Of a DNA stretch of 64,000 nt, positions 27,275-36,175 are shown one piece after another. The DNA lies in assembly GCA_025455065.1 (NCBI GenBank), contig JALONG010000004.1, forward strand, positions 17,570 to 81,569, written 5' to 3'. This DNA comes from Candidatus Kapaibacterium sp. Its GTDB lineage: Bacteria; Bacteroidota; Ignavibacteria; Kapaibacteriales; UBA4661. Under the pieces are notes generated by a model. The model saw only the letters and a list, made by a program, of their open reading frames with translations, ran no database searches and was not told the origin of the DNA. Each line of letters opens with the position of its first letter. The stretch's first letter is position 1. A program made the translations under genes and the position numbers.

Positions 27275-28108
27275 TCACAGGTCATCGGGGTTCATACCCA
27301 ATGCACGCAGTTTTTCTGCTAACTTCAAGGCTTTTTCTCGCTCTGCTTGGAGTTCTGCGGAAAGTTCATCAGCACGTTTGCGTTCTGTCTTTGCCATCTC
27401 TGCGCCTGTGGGCAGCACTTCGCCTGTCGCAAGGTCGTACCAGCGCAGCCAAACGCTCCATTTATTGCGGTATTCGCCTTCCCATGTCATTAAACCCAGT
27501 CCCGGTGTGGCTTCGCAAGCGAGCGTGTTGTCTTTTCCCACCGTTACGGGCTGATATTCGCGCCGCGAATGAGAAGCAGAAAACCCTAAGCGGTACGCCT
27601 CTATTTCTGCGGTTTCTACGTCAAAAAGGATGTATTCGTGGACACGCATTTTGTCTTGGTAAATTTCCTTTTTGATGCCTCTATCGGCATCAACAGTGCC
27701 TTCGGAGAGCAGTTCAATCACCAAATCAGGCGCTTTTTCCTCAACCCAAATAATGTAGCTTTTCCTGAAGCGTTTTGGAACATTGTGGGAAATAAAAAAA
27801 TCAGGTGCGCGAAAATTCAGTTTCTCCGCCTGCTCCAAACCATAGTACACGCCCATATTTCCGGCGATACACACATCATCTTTTTCCGCCCAAGCGAGCG
27901 TCAGCGTCTCTATGAGCAGGTCTAATTGCAGGGCGTGGCGGTCTGATTCCATTGGTTCTCCGTCGTCGTAAGGTAATTCATCTTCTGTTGGCGGGTAATA
28001 ATCTCCTATTTCAGCCCAATACCGACGCTTGCCTTTGTAGGATTCATCGAATGTTTCCTCGTGTACAGTGGGCTGCAATGCAGGTTCGAGAACGGTCATC
28101 GTTTCCAT
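27275..28108 (-). CDS. Uma2 (DUF820) family putative endonuclease with C-terminal coiled coil
   Basis: DDGEPMES..H, APDFF, PDLVIELLS, D...KK..Y, EYILFD, WLRW and LAEKLRALG. Confidence 0.9.
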   Translation of the reverse strand: METMTVLEPALQPTVHEETFDESYKGKRRYWAEIGDYYPPTEDELPYDDGEPMESDRHALQLDLLIETLTLAWAEKDDVCIAGNMGVYYGLEQAEKLNFRAPDFFISHNVPKRFRKSYIIWVEEKAPDLVIELLSEGTVDADRGIKKEIYQDKMRVHEYILFDVETAEIEAYRLGFSASHSRREYQPVTVGKDNTLACEATPGLGLMTWEGEYRNKWSVWLRWYDLATGEVLPTGAEMAKTERKRADELSAELQAEREKALKLAEKLRALGMNPDDL

Positions 28109-28222
28109 AGTGATTTCGGGAATAGTGAAGGTGTTGATATTGCCGAAAATATTGTCGGAATATACACAAAAAACACGGTTTTCTCAAGGTTTTATCAAGG
28201 TTTTGCGAATGTTGTATCACGT

Positions 28223-28257
28223 AAAAGCCCGTATTGCTTGAGCGGCGATACGGGCTT
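28223..28257 (-). terminator. Hairpin/terminator downstream of barrel paralog 1
   Basis: aagcccgtat / atacgggctt stem with an A-run. Confidence 0.55.
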
Positions 28258-28283
28258 GGAGATAGTTCAGAATCTTTATGTTG

Positions 28284-28949
28284 TCAGAGTCGCGCACTGA
28301 AAAAGACCAGCCCTGACAGTTGTACATCGGGAAGGAGGCGATAGAGTTCGTTGCTGCTCACGTACAGGAACAAACCATGCGCCTGCGCCCGAAAACCAAG
28401 GTCGAGCGTTGCCGTCAGAGGCAGCAGATAATCTGCTTTGAGGTTTGCGCCCATCATAAGACCTTCGTGAGCGCTCAGATACGCATTTCTGCCTTGCAGG
28501 TTTTCATTCGTTACGAAATATGTTTGTTGCCGATATTGTACTGAAGCACCGCCACCCACGCGAAAACGGCTTGTGGGCGGCGTAAAAAATACCGTTGCGT
28601 CGGCGGTCGTGTAATTCCAAGAATACTGATTCCGCATAAGTTGTGTGCTTGGCGGCATCGGCATTGGCGAAAGAGACTGAGAGAACAACGATTGCTGAAC
28701 GCCAAAGTGATTGCTCAGGGCAAATTCCAACTCGCTATGTTCGCTGAGAGCAGACGAATACAAGAGCGACATCATAAAACCCGCAACAAGCCTATCGGTC
28801 GGCATTGTCATCACACCGACACCACCGCTAAAACGGCTCTTTGGCAGACTGCTGACGGGTGATTGTGCAAACGGCTCTACGCCTTGCGCAACGACGGTAG
28901 AAACACCAATAACCACCAGCGCAAGCGCCGTTAATACTGGTCGTAGCAT
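28284..28949 (-). CDS. Small outer-membrane beta-barrel protein, paralog 1
   Basis: Signal peptide; TTADATVFF, RVGGGA, GANLKADYLLPL and LGFRAQ; AAGGAG SD. Confidence 0.7.
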   Translation of the reverse strand: MLRPVLTALALVVIGVSTVVAQGVEPFAQSPVSSLPKSRFSGGVGVMTMPTDRLVAGFMMSLLYSSALSEHSELEFALSNHFGVQQSLFSQSLSPMPMPPSTQLMRNQYSWNYTTADATVFFTPPTSRFRVGGGASVQYRQQTYFVTNENLQGRNAYLSAHEGLMMGANLKADYLLPLTATLDLGFRAQAHGLFLYVSSNELYRLLPDVQLSGLVFFSARL

Positions 28950-29008
28950 ACATTTCTCCTTGAAAATGAGATAAAAAAACGGGGTTGAGACTTCAGCGCT
29001 GTTCGCTG

Positions 29009-29048
29009 GCTGAAGAACGTCGCTTTTATCAAGGGTCATGCTGGTTGA
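29009..29048 (-). promoter_or_regulatory. 40-bp upstream element shared with 29787-29827 (candidate ECF-type promoter)
   Basis: gctgaagaacgtcgcttttatcaaggg(t)tcatgctggttga present twice, differing by one indel. Confidence 0.55.
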
Positions 29049-29064
29049 AGGAAGAAAAAAGTGA

Positions 29065-29730
29065 TTAGAATCGCACATTACAGAAGATACCTGCGGCAGC
29101 ACTAAAAAAAGATGTTATGCCGTTGGGTACAGGCATATTCATGAGCGCATATCCTTGCACTCGCCCACCCAATTCAAGCGCATTTGCAAGTGGAAAGGAA
29201 TACTCAATTTTCCCGTTGAGACCGTACAACCAAATGTCAAACTGCCCCAAAAACGGCACCGGGCGTATCAACAAAGAATCACTCGGAAAACCGCCGGAAG
29301 CAGAACGATAGACAGCGCCTGAGCCTGATTGAACTCTCAGAAGCGTCAATCCTCCGCCAATTTTCAGACGTGGAAGGTTGCTGAAGGGCATAAATAGTGC
29401 TGTTGCGTCCATTGTTGTCCAATGACTGTACGAGATGATTTGCTGCCTTACTCCGGGGATTGCCGGAGTAAAGGTGTTCTCTCGCATTGCTGAAAAATTT
29501 GCACTATGCACAGAAGCCTCTAATTCCACGTTACCCGATTCTAATGTGCGCCCGTACTGTACGGACAGCATTGGTGAGCCGGAAAGCCATAAACCCAAGC
29601 CCACACCTAAACGATTGGGTAATGTCTGTCTCATGTCTGATGTTTGCGCCATGTCTGATATTTGCTGCGCACGGAGCGAAGAGACCATGGCGACGGAAGC
29701 GATGATAAGCGCTATTGCACGTATTTGCAT
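29065..29730 (-). CDS. Small outer-membrane beta-barrel protein, paralog 2
   Basis: Signal peptide; TTMDATALF, KIGGG, GLNGKIEYSFPL and LGGRVQ; C-terminal VRF. Confidence 0.7.
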   Translation of the reverse strand: MQIRAIALIIASVAMVSSLRAQQISDMAQTSDMRQTLPNRLGVGLGLWLSGSPMLSVQYGRTLESGNVELEASVHSANFSAMRENTFTPAIPGVRQQIISYSHWTTMDATALFMPFSNLPRLKIGGGLTLLRVQSGSGAVYRSASGGFPSDSLLIRPVPFLGQFDIWLYGLNGKIEYSFPLANALELGGRVQGYALMNMPVPNGITSFFSAAAGIFCNVRF

Positions 29731-29786
29731 AAAAAACGACCTCAAATAAATGATAAACATGAATTGGATTTCTTCGGCATTATTTC

Positions 29787-29827
29787 GCTGAAGAACGTCG
29801 CTTTTATCAAGGGTTCATGCTGGTTGA
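29787..29827 (-). promoter_or_regulatory. Second copy of the shared upstream element
   Basis: Direct repeat of 29009-29048. Confidence 0.55.
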
Positions 29828-29845
29828 TTCTGTGAGAAAGGATGA

Positions 29846-30556
29846 TTAAAATTTGACACTGAGGAAAACACCAATAGAAGCTGCACCGTCAGCAAACACC
29901 CGCACAGGTTCATCATTCAGGCGATACAAAAGAACCTGTGCTTGTGTTCTAATGCCCAAGTCCAGCATTTGTGTCAAAGGAAAGACATAATCAAGTTTGA
30001 GATTGCCGCCGAGGGATAAGCGTTCCTCATAGCTGTAATACGACGGCGGATAGGTTTTTATCGTGGGATTAAGCGATTGCGCACCCGATGAATAGGGATA
30101 TTCCCTCACCATACCTCGCTGCAAATTCTGCACTGTTGCACCTGCTCCAATGCGCAAGCCTGACAGTATGCCTGAGCGAAATGGAGAAAACAGTAGCGTA
30201 GCATCATAGACCGTTGCGTCCCAAAAGCTGAGATTGTATTGGTCAATCGAATTGGGTGAAGGGCTAATATACTGATAAAACGAGGAAGAACCAGCTTTTT
30301 GAAATGCTATTTCCACTTCCAACAATGGTAAAAGCGTACGAGAATACATCGCAGAAAGCGATAATGCACCCTTATTACCACCCACAATACCCATCACCCC
30401 AACACCTGTACTCAAGCGGTTTTGCGGTGTCCAGCGTTGTTCGGTGATGTTGGGAGAAGATTGAGGAAGTTCCTGAGCCGAAACGGGGAGTGCCAACATT
30501 GGCGCAACAAACGCCACAACAAGGAAACAAGCCATTACTGCACGTGTGAACATCAT
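29846..30556 (-). CDS. Small outer-membrane beta-barrel protein, paralog 3
   Basis: Signal peptide; TVYDATLLF, RIGAGA, GGNLKLDYVFPL and LGIRTQ; C-terminal VKF. Confidence 0.7.
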   Translation of the reverse strand: MMFTRAVMACFLVVAFVAPMLALPVSAQELPQSSPNITEQRWTPQNRLSTGVGVMGIVGGNKGALSLSAMYSRTLLPLLEVEIAFQKAGSSSFYQYISPSPNSIDQYNLSFWDATVYDATLLFSPFRSGILSGLRIGAGATVQNLQRGMVREYPYSSGAQSLNPTIKTYPPSYYSYEERLSLGGNLKLDYVFPLTQMLDLGIRTQAQVLLYRLNDEPVRVFADGAASIGVFLSVKF

Positions 30557-30736
30557 ATACGAAGTCCTAAAAAATGAAGAAAAAAGCACACGGCAACGTT
30601 TGAGAACCCAAGCCGTGATGCGGTTTGTAGCTTTGGGGAGACAACAGAATAACCCATAAAAACGATGCAGCCCGCATAAAAACGGGCTACATCTATAATT
30701 GAACTTATCCAAGGTAAAGAACCACAGCATTTCTTC

Positions 30737-30863
30737 GTAGCACAGACATTCCTGTCTGTGTCCTTAACGCCGCAAGGCGTAATACCATAAAGTGCTGAAA
30801 TTACTCCACTTGAAGATTATTCGCTTCGCTCATTTCGGACACAGACAAGAATGTCTGTGCTAC
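30737..30863. repeat. 127-bp REP-doublet (REPIN-like) element, copy B
   Basis: gtagcacagacattcctgtctgtg ... cacagacaagaatgtctgtgctac. Confidence 0.85.
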
Positions 30864-30915
30864 GAAGAAGAGATTTGCATTGCTGATTTTGATACTATCT
30901 AATTTCTAAAGCGGA

Positions 30916-32157
30916 TTAGAGTTTATCCACTGTTTGTTTTACTTTCGCAGCCGCTTCTTCGAGCGTTGAGCCGACGGAGAACGTCAAACCGGATTTCTCC
31001 AAGATTTCACGTGCTTCTTTGGCGTTTGTGCCGTCCAAACGGATGATACACGGCACATTCAGGCTCACTTGCTGCGAGGCTTGAATGATACCGTTTGCAA
31101 CGCGGTCGCAGCGCACGATACCACCGAAAATGTTGATAAAAACGGCTTTCACATTCGGGTCGGAAAGCATGATACGGAAGGCGTTGGAAATGCGGTGAAC
31201 GTTTGCTCCGCCGCCTACATCAAGGAAGTTTGCGGGTTTGCCGCCTGCTAGCTGGATAACGTCCATTGTCGCCATTGCCAAACCTGCCCCGTTTACCATA
31301 CAACCGACGTTGCCGTCGAGTTTGATGTAGTTCAAATCATACTTGGAAGCCTCGATTTCAAGCGGTTCTTCTTCGTCGAGGTCGCGGAGGTCGGCGTATT
31401 CGGGGTGGCGATAAAGCGCATTGTCGTCGAAGTTTACTTTTGCGTCCAACGCGATGAATTTGTCATCGGTTGTGCGCACAAGCGGGTTTACTTCAAGCAT
31501 GGAGCAGTCCATTTCCTCGTAAGCGCGGTAGAGTTTTTGGATGAAATCCACGAAACTTTTCAGGGCATCGCCCGACAAACCCAAGCCCATACCCAAACGA
31601 CGCGCTTGGAAACCGCGAAAGCCCGTAACGGGGTCAATGTGTTCGCGGAGGATTTTTTCGGGATGATGCTCTGCTACTTCCTCAATCTCCATACCGCCTT
31701 CGGTGGAAGCCATGATGAGGTTTTGCGAGGTATTGCGGTCAAGCAAAATGCTGAGATAGTATTCTTTTGCAATGCTCACGCCTTGCTCAATAAACATCCG
31801 TTTGACGATTCTGCCTTCCGCGCCGGTTTGAATCGTAATGAGTTTATTATTGAATGTTGCTTTGGCTAGTTTATATGCGCGGTCGGAAAGATTGCCGTCC
31901 GCTAAAACCGAAACGCCGCGTACTTGCTTGCCATCTACTTCCATAGCCGCACCGGAAGCCACATCATGCACAACGCCTTTGCCGCGTCCGCCTGCGTGAA
32001 CCTGTGATTTGAGAACAATCACTTTGTGACCGTTTTGAACGAATTCTTTGTACGCAATTTCTCCGGCTTGTTCCGGCGAAAAGACCGCAAAGCCCGTCGG
32101 CACGGGAACGCCATACTGACGCAAAAGCGCTTTGGCTTGGTACTCGTGAATATTCAT
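30916..32157 (-). CDS. sucC: Succinyl-CoA synthetase beta subunit
   Basis: MNIHEYQAK, QVHAGGRGK, GCMVNGAGLAMATMD, ANFLDVGG and NIFGGIVRCD. Confidence 0.97.
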   Translation of the reverse strand: MNIHEYQAKALLRQYGVPVPTGFAVFSPEQAGEIAYKEFVQNGHKVIVLKSQVHAGGRGKGVVHDVASGAAMEVDGKQVRGVSVLADGNLSDRAYKLAKATFNNKLITIQTGAEGRIVKRMFIEQGVSIAKEYYLSILLDRNTSQNLIMASTEGGMEIEEVAEHHPEKILREHIDPVTGFRGFQARRLGMGLGLSGDALKSFVDFIQKLYRAYEEMDCSMLEVNPLVRTTDDKFIALDAKVNFDDNALYRHPEYADLRDLDEEEPLEIEASKYDLNYIKLDGNVGCMVNGAGLAMATMDVIQLAGGKPANFLDVGGGANVHRISNAFRIMLSDPNVKAVFINIFGGIVRCDRVANGIIQASQQVSLNVPCIIRLDGTNAKEAREILEKSGLTFSVGSTLEEAAAKVKQTVDKL

Positions 32158-32280
32158 AGTTTGGGTAAATGTTTGAGTGAAAAATATGAGAATTGGTTGC
32201 GAAATTTTCTGCTCTTTTGTTTGCTGAACACAAGGGATGACGGCATTTTGAGGGAAATACATCGGCACAAACCACACCCT

Positions 32281-32320
32281 AAAAAAAACCGCCAAGACTT
32301 GCAAATTTACAAGTCTTGGC
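32281..32320 (-). terminator. Probable intrinsic terminator
   Basis: gccaagacttg / caagtcttggc stem with an A8 run. Confidence 0.6.
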
Positions 32321-32399
32321 GCGGATATTCAAACTATTTGCACGAAGCGATGAGAATTTCTTTTGGAGAATACAATCATCATCGTTGCAATGCTTGGGA

Positions 32400-33200
32400 T
32401 TATTTTCCGGGCGTGAAGGAAACAAGCGTTCTGCGGCTACCCGGCAGAGCAAGCGGTCCCAAAATAGGGATATTGATGGAAGTTGCTTTGCTTTCGGTAC
32501 GCACGATTGTACGCGGTGCCCCTGTCGAAGGGATGCCGAAATACGTGTCCGTTGTAACGGGAATGCTAATATTGCCGACAAGCGGAATTGTTGAACTGGC
32601 GGTAACAGTTTGCGACTGGCGGTGTGTTTGGTGCGTCGTGCTGCTGTTAATCATCACGGCAGTTTTACCTTGATTCCGTCCAACGATTTTCGCTGTAACC
32701 ATCACTGTTCCCAAAGGCGGTTGCTCGGTAGAAACAGAAAACGAAATTTCGGGAAAATCCATCGTTCCGGCGGCATCCTTCAGTTCTGCCGATTTCACCC
32801 AACGCGGCGTAAAACCCGTGAGTCGCGGAGCCGTAGCGCCCATGCCTAATGCGCCGACAACCGCGCCGATACCCGCCGTATCCAAATAATAGAACACTTC
32901 ATCGTTGGAAACACGGTAAAACGTGCGCGTTACCGTCGGACCACCCGCGCCGAATGTGGAATCAACAAGCTCCGCAGCATCACTTTGTCCGCCGACGCTG
33001 ACATTTGTGCGTAAGACAGTTGTTGTAGAGCGGGTTGGAGTGCCTTGCTGACGACCTGCGGAGTCAATCGCAACAGTTTCGTACACGGAATAATCGCCTG
33101 CTTTGTAACCGAATTTTTCACCGCCTGCATTAGGATCGCACGATTGCAGCACGAGAACAACAAGCAAAGCGGCAAAGCCAAGAATTTTGGAGAACTTCAT
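32400..33200 (-). CDS. Hypothetical lipoprotein
   Basis: MKFSKILGFAALLVVLVLQSC lipoprotein signal; beta-rich mature region. Confidence 0.75.
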   Translation of the reverse strand: MKFSKILGFAALLVVLVLQSCDPNAGGEKFGYKAGDYSVYETVAIDSAGRQQGTPTRSTTTVLRTNVSVGGQSDAAELVDSTFGAGGPTVTRTFYRVSNDEVFYYLDTAGIGAVVGALGMGATAPRLTGFTPRWVKSAELKDAAGTMDFPEISFSVSTEQPPLGTVMVTAKIVGRNQGKTAVMINSSTTHQTHRQSQTVTASSTIPLVGNISIPVTTDTYFGIPSTGAPRTIVRTESKATSINIPILGPLALPGSRRTLVSFTPGK

Positions 33201-33221
33201 AATACTAAAAAAATGAATGAG

Positions 33222-33266
33222 AAAAAAGCCTTGCAAGCCGCACAAAAGCACGATTCTTGCAAGGCT
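33222..33266 (-). terminator. mdh terminator
   Basis: agccttgcaag / cttgcaaggct stem with an A-run. Confidence 0.65.
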
Positions 33267-33278
33267 GGAGACTACAAC

Positions 33279-34205
33279 TTACACATTGGTCAATTTTGCC
33301 ATATTTTGACGCACATCGTCCGCCGATTTTGTGAGTGCGGCTTGTTCGTCGGCGGAAAGTTTGATTTCAAAGATGCGCTCCATACCGTTTTTGCCAATGA
33401 CAATCGGTACACCGCAGACCACATCACGCTGTCCGTACTCACCTTCCAACCACACTGCGCAAGGCAAAATGCGGCGTTTGTCTTTGATGATACATTCTGC
33501 CATTTCGACTGCCGAAGCCGACGGCGCATAGTACGCGCTGCCTGTTTTGAGCAAACCGACAATTTCCGCACCGCCATTGGCTGTGCGCTTGACGATAGCA
33601 TCTATGCGGTCTTGGGGCATAAGTTCCGCAAGCGGCACACCGGCAACGGTGGTGAAGCGCGGCAGGGGAACCATCGTGTCACCGTGTCCGCCCAAAACGA
33701 AAGCGTTGATGTCTTCCACCGAAACGCCAAGTTCCATAGCGATAAACGTGCGATACCGCGCAGAATCAAGCACACCAGCCATGCCGAGAACTTTGTGGCG
33801 CGGCAGACCCGTTGCTTTGAGCGCAACGTAAGTCATTACGTCAAGCGGGTTGGAAACGATGATAAAAAACGCATTCGGCGATTTTGCGAACGCTTGTTCG
33901 ATGCAGGATTTGACGATTTCCGCGTTTTTGAACAATAAGTCGTCGCGGCTCATTCCGGGCTTGCGGGCAAGTCCGGCGGTCATAATCACGATGTCGGAGT
34001 TTGCCGTTGCATCGTAGGTGTTCGTGCCGATAACGCGAGTGTCGGAGCCAATCACAGGCATTGCTTGGAACATATCCAAACCCTTGCCCTGCGGCAAATC
34101 TTCTACGACATCCACAATAACGACTTCGTGAGCAAGCTCATCGTAAGCGATTTTCTGAGCGGCAGTTGCGCCCACGTTTCCTGCGCCGATAACGGTGATT
34201 TTCAT
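33279..34205 (-). CDS. mdh: Malate dehydrogenase (LDH-like)
   Basis: [26 protein letters not shown] and GGHGD. Confidence 0.96.
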   Translation of the reverse strand: MKITVIGAGNVGATAAQKIAYDELAHEVVIVDVVEDLPQGKGLDMFQAMPVIGSDTRVIGTNTYDATANSDIVIMTAGLARKPGMSRDDLLFKNAEIVKSCIEQAFAKSPNAFFIIVSNPLDVMTYVALKATGLPRHKVLGMAGVLDSARYRTFIAMELGVSVEDINAFVLGGHGDTMVPLPRFTTVAGVPLAELMPQDRIDAIVKRTANGGAEIVGLLKTGSAYYAPSASAVEMAECIIKDKRRILPCAVWLEGEYGQRDVVCGVPIVIGKNGMERIFEIKLSADEQAALTKSADDVRQNMAKLTNV

Positions 34206-34432
34206 AGCAAACCTTTGAAAAATTCGGTGAGTGAAAGGAAGAGAGTGAGTTGCGGTTTTATTGCTGTTTGATTACAGAAGCGCAAGTTACGTGCTTTTTC
34301 AGAAATTTGCGCAAAGGTTTTCACGTTCAGCGAAAAAATTTCCTGTTTTTCCTTGTGGTGCTGCCCAACGATTCCAAAAATCTTTGTATTTTTGCAACAA
34401 CTCCTTTGTTTCACGTTCTGCGAGAACCCTTC

Positions 34433-35533
34433 ATGCCCCAAACCCGCTTCAGAGCATCGTTCTTAGCGATGCGATTGGCTATCTGCTCCTCGCTTATTAC
34501 CCTTGTGTTTTCACCTTTTTCGACCACCCTTCCGACGATATTCGCCCAAACGCCGCTTCCTGCCTCGCCTCAAGCGCCATTGCCTTCATCCTCCCCGCAA
34601 GACCGCATCACTTCGCCCGTCTTGAAAGGAATCAGTGCAAACACCGACACTGAATATCTTGTACGCCTCATCAACGGGGACATTCTGAGTGGAAAAATTA
34701 TCGAAATTCTCAGCAAAGACCTTGTTGCGAAAGAATTACAAACAAGTGAAAAAACAAGCGATAAATCAAGTGACAAAGCGGCTTCCAAGGCGGATGATGA
34801 AGCAATTCGTTTAGAAAATGCGCTGGGTGTGCTGACAATTTTTGCTTCGGAAATCGTTGAAATTACGCCGCGAAACGGACTGTACAGGCACAATCACCGT
34901 TTGTACATCATGCCAACGGCAGAGCCGATTTCGGGCAACGCTTTTATCGGGATTTGGGAGTTGCTTTTTGCCTACGCGGGCGTTGGAATCACGGATTACG
35001 TCTCCATTACCGCCGGACGCAGCCTCATTCCGGGCATTTTGCCAAATGAACAAGCGACATTGGCAAATCTGAAAATCACCCCCTACGCAACACCGATTGA
35101 CGGCAGTGGAACACGCATATTTACGTGCGTTGGGGGGAATATCGCGCTGCTGAATGAAAATAATATCGTTGGACACGTCTTTGCCGGAGCGACCCTCAAA
35201 GGCTCACGAACAAGCCTCACAGGGCAGGTTTTCTACAAAGTAAATGCACCAAACTTTTACGCAATTCGCGGCGGAAACTTGTTCGCGTTTAATGCGAATT
35301 ACGCGCAAGGCACATTTGGTCTGGGACTTGGCTTAGATTCTCGCCTGTCAGACCGCCACGATGTGCATTTTATTGGAGAACTGTGGAACGCCGATGTGCT
35401 GCGTCCAAGCAACAGCGCACTTTTGGTGGGTTTGCGGCTTTGTAACACAGCAATTTCGATGGATTTTGGTGTAGCAGTTACGCCGCAGCCTCTGGCAATA
35501 CCATTTGTGAGTTTTGCGTGGACACCGTTTTAA
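34433..35533 (+). CDS. Hypothetical exported/outer-membrane protein
   Basis: Signal peptide, LINGDILSGKI small domain, beta-rich C-terminus ending WTPF; TAttTTTG at 34387-34394 upstream. Confidence 0.65.
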   Translation: MPQTRFRASFLAMRLAICSSLITLVFSPFSTTLPTIFAQTPLPASPQAPLPSSSPQDRITSPVLKGISANTDTEYLVRLINGDILSGKIIEILSKDLVAKELQTSEKTSDKSSDKAASKADDEAIRLENALGVLTIFASEIVEITPRNGLYRHNHRLYIMPTAEPISGNAFIGIWELLFAYAGVGITDYVSITAGRSLIPGILPNEQATLANLKITPYATPIDGSGTRIFTCVGGNIALLNENNIVGHVFAGATLKGSRTSLTGQVFYKVNAPNFYAIRGGNLFAFNANYAQGTFGLGLGLDSRLSDRHDVHFIGELWNADVLRPSNSALLVGLRLCNTAISMDFGVAVTPQPLAIPFVSFAWTPF

Positions 35534-35638
35534 GCACTTTTTCAGGCACTTGCAAAGAGTCTTTGAAAGCCGTATATTGTTTTGGCAAATCATTCCACAT
35601 CAAGTACGCAATGACAACCCGTAAGCCGCATATACGCT

Positions 35639-36037
35639 ATGATTCTGTACAAAAAAACACCGACGCTTTCGATTTATTATTCGTATGAATTATACGCGGC
35701 ATTTGCGCTGTGGCAGGGGAATGTAACGGGGCAGGATCTGAAAGCGTCGTCGGAAGATATTGAAAACGTGCTGCGCGAATACAAAACCACCAAACTTGTT
35801 ACCTACTCCGTCCCGATGCGTGTTATTGACCGCCAAGCCGCACAATACCTTGCGAAAGAGTGGTTGCCACGTGTTGCAGGCACGGTCTTGCAATATTGGG
35901 CAGACGTAGTGCCGCGTTTATCGCTCAAAACCACGCCTGAACCTGAAGAAATCACGGAAATACACGATATTCCGGGCATCACGATTGCACAATTCGGGAA
36001 TATCGAAACAGCAAAAAAATGGATACACGACAAGTAA
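35639..36037 (+). CDS. Small hypothetical protein (SpoIIAA/STAS-SEC14-like)
   Basis: W.G N-terminal strand, EWLPR, C-terminal F...ETAKKWI pattern. Confidence 0.55.
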   Translation: MILYKKTPTLSIYYSYELYAAFALWQGNVTGQDLKASSEDIENVLREYKTTKLVTYSVPMRVIDRQAAQYLAKEWLPRVAGTVLQYWADVVPRLSLKTTPEPEEITEIHDIPGITIAQFGNIETAKKWIHDK

Positions 36038-36106
36038 TACCAATTTACGTTGAAGATTGTGCATTGTTTTTTCAATGCTTTTCTCTGGAAGCAGTATAAA
36101 TACTCG

Positions 36107-36130
36107 CACAGACAAGAATGTCTGTGCCAC
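36107..36130. repeat. Solo REP of the 22270/30737 family
   Basis: cacagacaagaatgtctgtgccac is identical to the right arm end of copy A. Confidence 0.85.
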
Positions 36131-36175
36131 TGAAGCCGGATTTTTTTGCACAGTTATCAACTCAAGTTGGTATAA

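Noticed and set aside
33045-33938. 297-aa plus-strand ORF
   Set aside because: Antisense shadow of mdh.
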